A stretch of 63,740 bases of DNA, the filler included, from Sluysia triapertura (lineage: Eukaryota), in NCBI GenBank assembly GCA_046118255.1. It is 5 parts of 5 records of this genome, joined end to end, with 100 filler letters (N's around TTAATTAATTAA, not from the genome) between each part and the next. Parts side by side here need not be neighbours in the genome. Positions count along the whole stretch, not along the records: positions 52,486 to 63,740 come from JBJNIA010186725.1; 4 more parts are not named here. One strand, 5' to 3'. Numbering within the stretch: position 1 is the first letter of the stretch; every line of letters starts with the position of its first letter. Below are positions 55,961 to 63,740 of this stretch, piece by piece. The translations under genes and the position numbers were made by a program. A model generated the notes under the pieces. It made no database searches, was not told the origin of the DNA, and saw nothing but the letters and a program-made list of their open reading frames with translations.

Positions 55961-56502
55961 AATCTCAGAATTTTAATCGTCAATATTTCAAATAAATATA
56001 TTCATGTTTACATTCGTTTAATTTTTATTTATGAGTTAAACTTTTCATTCAATTTGTTAATTATAATGAATCTACGAATACAATTTAGAATAATATAGAA
56101 TGTTTAATTAAATGTTTTGAAAAATTTCTGTTACATTCAATACTAAACGTAGTTTTATCATCAATTACAAAACTCACACTACTAAATTGATAATATGCGT
56201 TTACTTATTACAAAAATGTACTAAATTAATTAATTAAAGTAATTTTAAAAAGTCTAAAGTTAAATTTAAATTAAATTTAATAAAGTCAGATATTTCAACC
56301 AATTAATTTCTGCTCTCTTGCACCAAGTAAAAACTAAAATTGAATGTAGTTTCCCATGCTGTAATGCGTTATTTAAAACGCCAAATCTCATAAACTTATA
56401 ATTTAAAATCATTTCCTTCATTTACAATTTATTTAGTTGATATATTGATAAAAAGTAAAACATTGTGTTGTAAAAAATCACTTATTCATTTAAAAAATGC
56501 AA

Positions 56503-57319
56503 TAAACTTAAGTTTTAAGAAACAAATGGTTGATTTATTTGTGCAATCCTAACAATTGCAGTATCACTCACTGGTAGATTAATAAGTGTTTAGTAAATTA
56601 AATTAATAAATTAAATATTTAATTATTAAGGGTAATTATGTGTTTAGCATTAGCTAAACTTATAAACTTATTATAAACTTCAGTACAAATTCAGATTTAT
56701 GTATCGGACGAGCAAGCGAATAAAGTGATGGCAAAAGGCTCAGTTAGAATAGAAAAGCTAACAAAAAATACGATAGAACAAGCGAAAAAATGGTTGAAAA
56801 ATCAGTTTGCATACTCATTTAACAAACCAATGAGAAGAACATATGCAGCACATCAACGTAAAACAGGGGAACCACATAAATTTACGGTAAGCTGTTTTAA
56901 TGGAAATAATTCAATAATCAAAAATTAATAACGGTTATATTTTTAATTTCGCTGATATATTTTGAAGATTTGCACAGTAGTACCAGTTAAATCATAGAGT
57001 GTTAAAAATATGAGTGAAGCAGTTATGAAAAATGACAAACCTATAAAATTTCAAACAGATTGATGTTAAGAGTTTTACAATAAAGGCGACAAAAGTAAAA
57101 CATGAAATTCATCATTATTCTATATTCAGTTATTCGTAAAGTTTATAATAAGTAAAATAGCTAATGCTAAACACATAATTACCATTAGTATTTAAATACT
57201 TAATTTATTCTAATACAACACTTATTAATCCACCAGTGAGTGATAATGCCATTGCTAGAATTGCACAAATAAATCAACCATTTGCTTTTAAATTATGTTT
57301 CTTTTAATACTTAGGTTTA
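56503..57319. mobile_element. Foldback element with ~180-bp inverted arms enclosing an integrase fragment
   Basis: Arms 56503-56680 and 57139-57319 are reverse complements with indels; outer ends are TA. Confidence 0.85.
56681..57138 (+). pseudogene. Maverick/Polinton-type integrase fragment
   Basis: KKWLKNQFAYSFNKPMRR, NNGYIF..ADIF*RFA, VPVKS, KPIKFQTD*C*EFYN, IHHYS match the Polinton integrase layout. Confidence 0.8.
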
Positions 57320-58743
57320 ACCGACTCTAAGAAAATAGCATGTGTAGTAGACATGCAAAATAATTAAATTGAATTCCCGACTATCTGGAAATTATCTCGA
57401 TAATATATAAAGATCTAACTTTTTACATAAAATCACAAGAAAAATCCAAAAAGCGACAACAGTACCAGTTGACAAATTAGTAAAGAACTTGTTGCTATAG
57501 TAACGATGGATTCAATTGAGTTGTGGATAACGCTCATTGAATCTTTTTCTTCAGCAATAACATTAAGACAAAATAAGTTTACGCGGTTAGTAGAGAGTTA
57601 AGATTCATTTTGTTTTTATTATTATTTTATATTTTATTTGTGGTAACGACATTTATGTGTAACCCCTGCAATTTTTAAAGAGGTAGACAATAATTTATTA
57701 AAGAATTTGATTTAAAGAAGTGTTTTTTACTATATAAAAAGTTTGATCTATATAACTATAATTGTTATAACTATAACTATAATTATAATTATAACTTCTT
57801 TATAATTATAACTATAAAGAAGTTGATTTATAGAATTATATTTGTCATATAAGGATTTGATTTGTATAACTGTTATATAAGAATATATCGAGATTCAGTT
57901 TTATTTGATTTTTAATTAATAACGAGGGATATCAATAAACAAAGCAAAAAACACAACAGTACAAACAAAAGCAAAGATCAAATAAAAATCCTAAAAAATC
58001 TAGTAAAATACAAGTCGATTCTCTAGTTCAATTATACGAAAAGCTTTTTACTTACAAAATTCAGACGATGCGAAACTAAATTTTATTTATTATTTAACCA
58101 ATATAAAATTAATAGAATCCTTTTATTTATTTAGTACAACTGTTTTTTGGCATATGCGAAAAACAATAACAATAACAATAATAACAAATTTTGTTTTAAA
58201 ATAAAATTTGTAAAATTAATAGGTTGGCCACTACACGTATGCAATCACGCTACTTGATTCTGACTTCTACGAAATATATAACTGTACTGTTAATATATTG
58301 TTGTTATTGCAATTTATCGTGTCGTTATCGTTTTATTACTCTGTCTTCCATTTTATTATTTATCTATATTTTTATCTACACAATCACAGGAATAAAAGGA
58401 GAGCGTGTTCTTTTGCTAAAAAAGTATTTTAAGAAATCTAAGTCATAAAAGCAACCACAGAAATAAAAAGAAAGTGAAGAATAAACTCCAGCAATTGCTC
58501 AGAAAGTAAAGCCGACTTCTATTTTAAGAGAAAAGGCTAAAAAGAAAATAATTGATTATTTTGAAATTCGTCTGTTTTGTTTTATTTTGTTTTGCTTGAC
58601 TTTAGCAGGTTCATACATAGTTTGATTTTTCGCAAAACAAAAAAAAGAAATTTTTTAAATAATTTAGTTCTATTTTTTTTTATCTTTCGATTTTTTAAAT
58701 TTGTTGGAAGTTAATTTTTTATTTACGGTATTGAAAATTTTAA

Positions 58744-59100
58744 TGTCATAATTTATGGGTATTTACAAAAAAATATAACAGATCTCTCAGTTTAAAACTG
58801 ATGAAGTTTCTAAGGTCATGGATTTTGATACAACAAAGAAGCTTTCTTTACTTTATCGCATTTAAAGAGCTAAGTGATTATGAAGTATTTAAAAAGGATA
58901 TTGAACCAAAGTGGGAAGATCCTAATAATATAGAAGGTTGTAGATGGATTATTAGTTTTAATAAATTAGCTTCCTTGAAGCACTTTAAACTTTTAATTAC
59001 AGCGTTTATTAACGATATTCTTCCAAATTTTAAATCAAATGGTATATAACTAACTGTTATGTCATTGTCGTTTGGGAAATGTATAAAAGGCTGTAGATCT
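58744..59100 (+). pseudogene. eIF4E: Divergent intronless eIF4E-like pseudogene
   Basis: LWVF; (shifted frame) KVMDFDTTKKLSLLY; DYEVFKKDIEPKWEDPNNIEGCRW. Confidence 0.85.
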
Positions 59101-62100
59101 AAAAAGCCGCCTTACAGAAAATTTAAAACAAACTCACGCAGAATTAGCATTTGAAAAAAGCTCGGACGACGGCAAATATTATGAAGATATTAACATACAA
59201 AAGTAACTGAGTCCATGTTTTTTAAATTAATTAATATTTTTATATCTGGTAGGCCTTCCCTGATTGTGCTCGTGAGACCTTGTTTATTATTTCAATCTGA
59301 TATCAACAATTTGGAAAAGGTTGTAATAAGTATCTTAAAGTTAATGATAATAACCTTAGCCATCGTATTAAACTTTTTAAAGTTTTGTAGTAAATGTCTT
59401 GAAGTTAATAATAACTTTCGTTTTTGTAAAATGAATGTTCATTTATGTTTCTGTCCTAGTTTCAAATTTAAACATAAAGAAAAATCCAGATGCTTTAAGC
59501 CCCTGTGTACACTATATGATAAAACTAATGCAACTGCAAGTGTTCTATTGGAAAACAAAAACTTAAACTTACAAAAAGAAAACTGAAAGTCGGATTCACC
59601 TAATATAAACGGTTTATATCAACATAAAGACGTGCTATTAGGATTTTGAAGCAAAAAACAAAAAATGTAAGATTTACTTCAATGTCAAAGAATAGAAGCA
59701 AGTTAAATGTGCTATTTACATGGTAAAAATATAAAGTTAACATAAATCGAGTAAGTTATTTAATTTTATTAATAAAAAAGTTTCTTATTATATTAAACTA
59801 GTTCTATTACGATCTAGTGTTCAAAAATTTGGTTTTCACTAGCCTCTGTACGGTGAAGTATGTTTTAGTGAATGCTTTTTTAAGATTTTTAATCTGCCTG
59901 ATACGATCTAGTTTTTAAACATTAAAATTAGTTAAGGTTTATGAAACAAAATTAACGTTAAGAAATACGTTTATTAATATACACTTAAAATATGCACTTT
60001 TAAAAGATAATTATAGTAAAAATAGTAAAAGGATACTGAATGCTAGATTAAAATTAATCTAGCCTGTTACGGTCTAGACAAAATAAAATTATGTTACGTG
60101 GATTTAACTTTCAATAAGGCAGCAACATAACAAACAAAAAATTACTTGTGCAAGGAAATTAGTTAAAAAGTCTTGAAATTAATCTTCTGCTAAAATTCAT
60201 TTTTCTTCTTTCTTTGTTGAAAATTTGTCTATTTTTATATTAAATTTACAATTGCCAGCTTACCTGTATTTAAATTTAGTTTAAATAAGCAAAGATAAAG
60301 AAATTTAAAATTTAATGAAATAAAACTTAAAATTAAGTATTGTTAATTTTTATTTATTCATTATCTATTAATTTTTTTACTTTCTGATTAATTAATTATT
60401 TTGGTTTGTACTTAATTCTTTTTCTTTTTATTTTGTAATAAAAATAATGATTTTGATAAAATATACAAAATTACACAAAATTTAAAATATACATATAAAA
60501 ACTCAAAACGTTCATGTTAATAAAAATATGTCAAAAAAATTTAAAAAATAATAATGTATTGTATTTATACAGTGGTAGAGCCAAGTGTTACGTTCACTAC
60601 AATCAAGTGTTAATAATACCGTAACGGCCCAAGAAGGAATTAAAATTATTAATTAATTAATGAAGTCAGTACTAAAACCACAGTCATTATAAAGTTATAA
60701 ACTCAAAACCAATATGTTGTGTATGTTTTATAGTCTTGTAGCATAATGTTGCATTTTTATATTTTTAAATTGACAAAAATAATTCTCTAACACAAATCAA
60801 TGAATCTGAATATCAATATATTCTGAAATTTTTGACAAAGTACACAACAAAACAAATCAGTCTTTATATTAATTAGAATTCACTATAAATCGATCTCATA
60901 ATAAGAATCAAATATAACTCAGTATAAATCAATCTCAATTATAACTAAAAAATAAATCAATCGTTTTATAATAGTATAAATCAATTATAAACAGATTACA
61001 CTAAATATATACATGTTAATACCGAAGTAGCAATAAATTAACAATAAAAACTCAAAGCCCAACTAACTTCGAATAAGTCAGTTAAAAATAAAATTTAGTC
61101 AGAATACTAAAGAAATATAAGATTCAATCATTGTTTGAAACAATTTTCTTACAGCAGAAGAGAATAATAAACTATTGCAATGATTTATATGTTATTTGGT
61201 GGCGAAATATGGTTCATTACATAGTATTTATATATTTAGAAAGTCTGGAATTCGACTTAATTATTGTGCATGTGGATAACACGTGCTTATTTATGCTGAT
61301 TAATTTTAATAATCATATTTGAACATTAATTTCGGTCGAATTTCTTACTTAGTATTATTCGGCAATTATCAGAAGACAATGAGTTTTGCGACAGAACTCT
61401 TATCTTTTAAGAATAATAAAATTAATATTTAATATAATGGTTACAATAATACATCAACTTAAACAATATACAATTCTAATCCAATATGAAACTTATTTCA
61501 ATATCTTTTAATAAAACGGTGCACATACATTAATTTCAATAACATGCATAAAATATCTCCCAATGAGAATTAATTTGATGCATACTTTTACTACGTGTGT
61601 TCATAACACATAGAAATGTAAGTCTATAATGTAAAAATTAATTAAAACTAATGATTTTGCGTTACCTATGTTGACATGTTTCTCACTATCTCTGTGTTCA
61701 TAACACTAATGCATTTTTTCTTTGTATTTCACTGTGTATGGTGTATCACACACAAAGTTATGAAGTAAAAATAATTTGAACTAAAATAATTAATAAATGT
61801 ACTGATCAATAATTTGTAAAGCTTTAGAAAATGTTAATCCCTTCACTTTACAAGCCAATATATGTTTAATTACGTCTTATACTCTAACATTACAATAATA
61901 TGTATTTAAGCTAGGTAAGAGTAATCATATATTTAACATGCAAAAGTAGATTTTCTTTCATTGATTTTAAATCCTGTTTAAGACTTTGACCACAGGCGAA
62001 CTTATTGTATATAATATATACGGTAATTGTATATATGGTAATTGTAGGTTTTTCATTGGAACCACATCAAAATAAAGTTGGGTCTATGCTTGATCCTAAG

Positions 62101-63394
62101 GTTGGTTATTTCAATATACGTTCGACACTTGTAGTACTTAAATCTTATGTAACATGATTTTTGAACAGCTTATTTATAGCTTATCTGATTTTGAAGTTTC
62201 AATATATCGTGAACTTAATCAAAGGAATTATCTCATTTAAATTTTTATAAATACTAAGATACAATAACTTTAATTAGAAAATTGTAATAATTTTCCTCAA
62301 TAAACAAAAACACTAATTAAATACGGTATATTTTAAATTCATAACAAATAACTTTATATTTAGTGAGTTCGTCAACGTATTTAGTCTTACCAGTTAGGGC
62401 TAGCCGTTGGATTTTAAAAGAAATAGTAACGTGTAATTATTGGAAGTTATTTTAAAATGTCTTATTAATAAATTCTAGCAATACATCGTATGTAAGCAAT
62501 AATTATTTAAGCTAAGAGTATCACGAATTTTTTATGATTCAAAAAACCAATGGGATTTTAAATTTGTTATGGATTATCAGATTTTATGATCGATCCTTTC
62601 TTAATTATGATCTTTAGAGTTTAATAATTTACGTTATCCGATTAAATTTCGGATTTTTAAAGAGAAAACTTAGTTAGGTACTGTAATTTATAAAAATTTA
62701 AATCTATATAATTTATGATGATCCTTCTTAAATAGGATCGTTAATTATTAATTTAATTGTTTAGCGTTAGAGAATTGAGGTAGATTCAATTTAAACTGAA
62801 TCGTACAAAATCAATTTTCTTGTAACAGATTTTAGTTTTAAATTAATAATTCTAAAGAATAACTAATGTTAATTACAAAAAATTAGACAAAAGGTTTCTA
62901 CAAATATATATATATAACCAAGGTTAAACTTTCTTTTCTTTTGTGATTTACTCGGATTAACTTTAATAACGCTAATCCTAAGAACAAAATTTTTATTTAA
63001 TAATATTCTGAAATCGTTTAGAAATATGTTAAGTGTTTTTTACTAAATACTAAAACATACGCAAAGCTTAATTAAAATAAACTAACGATAATTACAATAA
63101 AAGATATGTTAAAAATCTTCTTTCGAAGAATAGAGAGTTCCTAGCCAAGTTTGTTTGATTCAAATTTTTAAAGAATTAGGTTGTATTGTATTGTATTGTG
63201 TTGCATTTTAAAATGTTAGATAGAGCATTTATATTTATTTTAGTTTAACACTGATGGGTTTCAAATTCAAATAAATTCAAATAATTCTGTCAATGTATAA
63301 ATTTTAAAAAATCTTCATTTCACGTAAAAATTAAATTAAATTTTATGCAAAAATATAGAAAAATTTAATTAAAATGATGATAAATTAAATATAA

Positions 63395-63609
63395 ATAGTT
63401 AATGTGTGTAGGGAAATCATATCAAAATATCAACATTTCATCACATAAAAACATCTCTTACATATGCAGAACATTAAATAAACTACTTGATTCATTCAAA
63501 AAACAAACATAACCATTGTATATAATTGTCATGAACTACAGTTATTGTCGTTATAAATCCATTCGTATTAAAATGTATAATGATTATTATCATTATTGTT
63601 GTTTAATGT
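63395..63609 (+). repeat. Dispersed repeat, copy 2 (see 19234-19445), interrupted by the tRNA-LTR element
   Basis: Colinear with 19234-19445 up to the TGTTAGAC junction. Confidence 0.85.
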
Positions 63610-63740
63610 TGTTAGACTTCCTAAAATGGACTGACCGGGGATCTAACCCGGGACCATCGTCTACGCAGTCCGAATGCTCTACCACTGAGCTATCAGCCCC
63701 GTCTAACTTTTTCATTTTCAATATATTCAATTATACTACT
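63610..63740 (-). mobile_element. tRNA-containing short LTR-like element, third copy (cut by window end); tRNA-like unit 63627-63699
   Basis: GGGCTGA-TAGCTCAGTGGTAGAGC...CCGGGTTAGATCCCCGG-TCAGTCC-ATTTT; same TGTTAGACTTC terminus. Confidence 0.85.

Overview
Very AT-rich eukaryotic (invertebrate) DNA. The composition, (AAT)n tracts, short introns and element types would fit a triclad flatworm, but that is inference. The window is not one contiguous locus: four 100-bp spacers (44 N + TTAATTAATTAA + 44 N) join five separate contigs, so adjacency across 15940-16039, 27214-27313, 38527-38626 and 52386-52485 is artificial. I found no prokaryotic features, rRNA or CRISPR. Most of the sequence is decayed mobile DNA: mariner, Tigger/pogo, Tc1/IS630-like, LINE, several solo LTRs and a Maverick-type integrase inside a foldback element. 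Host-gene fragments are NDOR1, a FoxP forkhead piece fused to an innexin pseudogene, a divergent eIF4E and an M13 peptidase exon. A probable multi-exon gene (3298-8438, minus) is missed by the ORF track. The two most unusual signals: (1) a ~157-bp TG...CA element with a 4-bp TSD that carries a tRNA-like Pol III unit (3 copies); (2) decayed intronless gene cassettes headed by inverted repeats with 22-25-nt spacers, including nuclease-like, HUH-like, Bcl-2-like and BEN/CCCH ORFs. All family assignments are from motif recognition by eye, not database searches.
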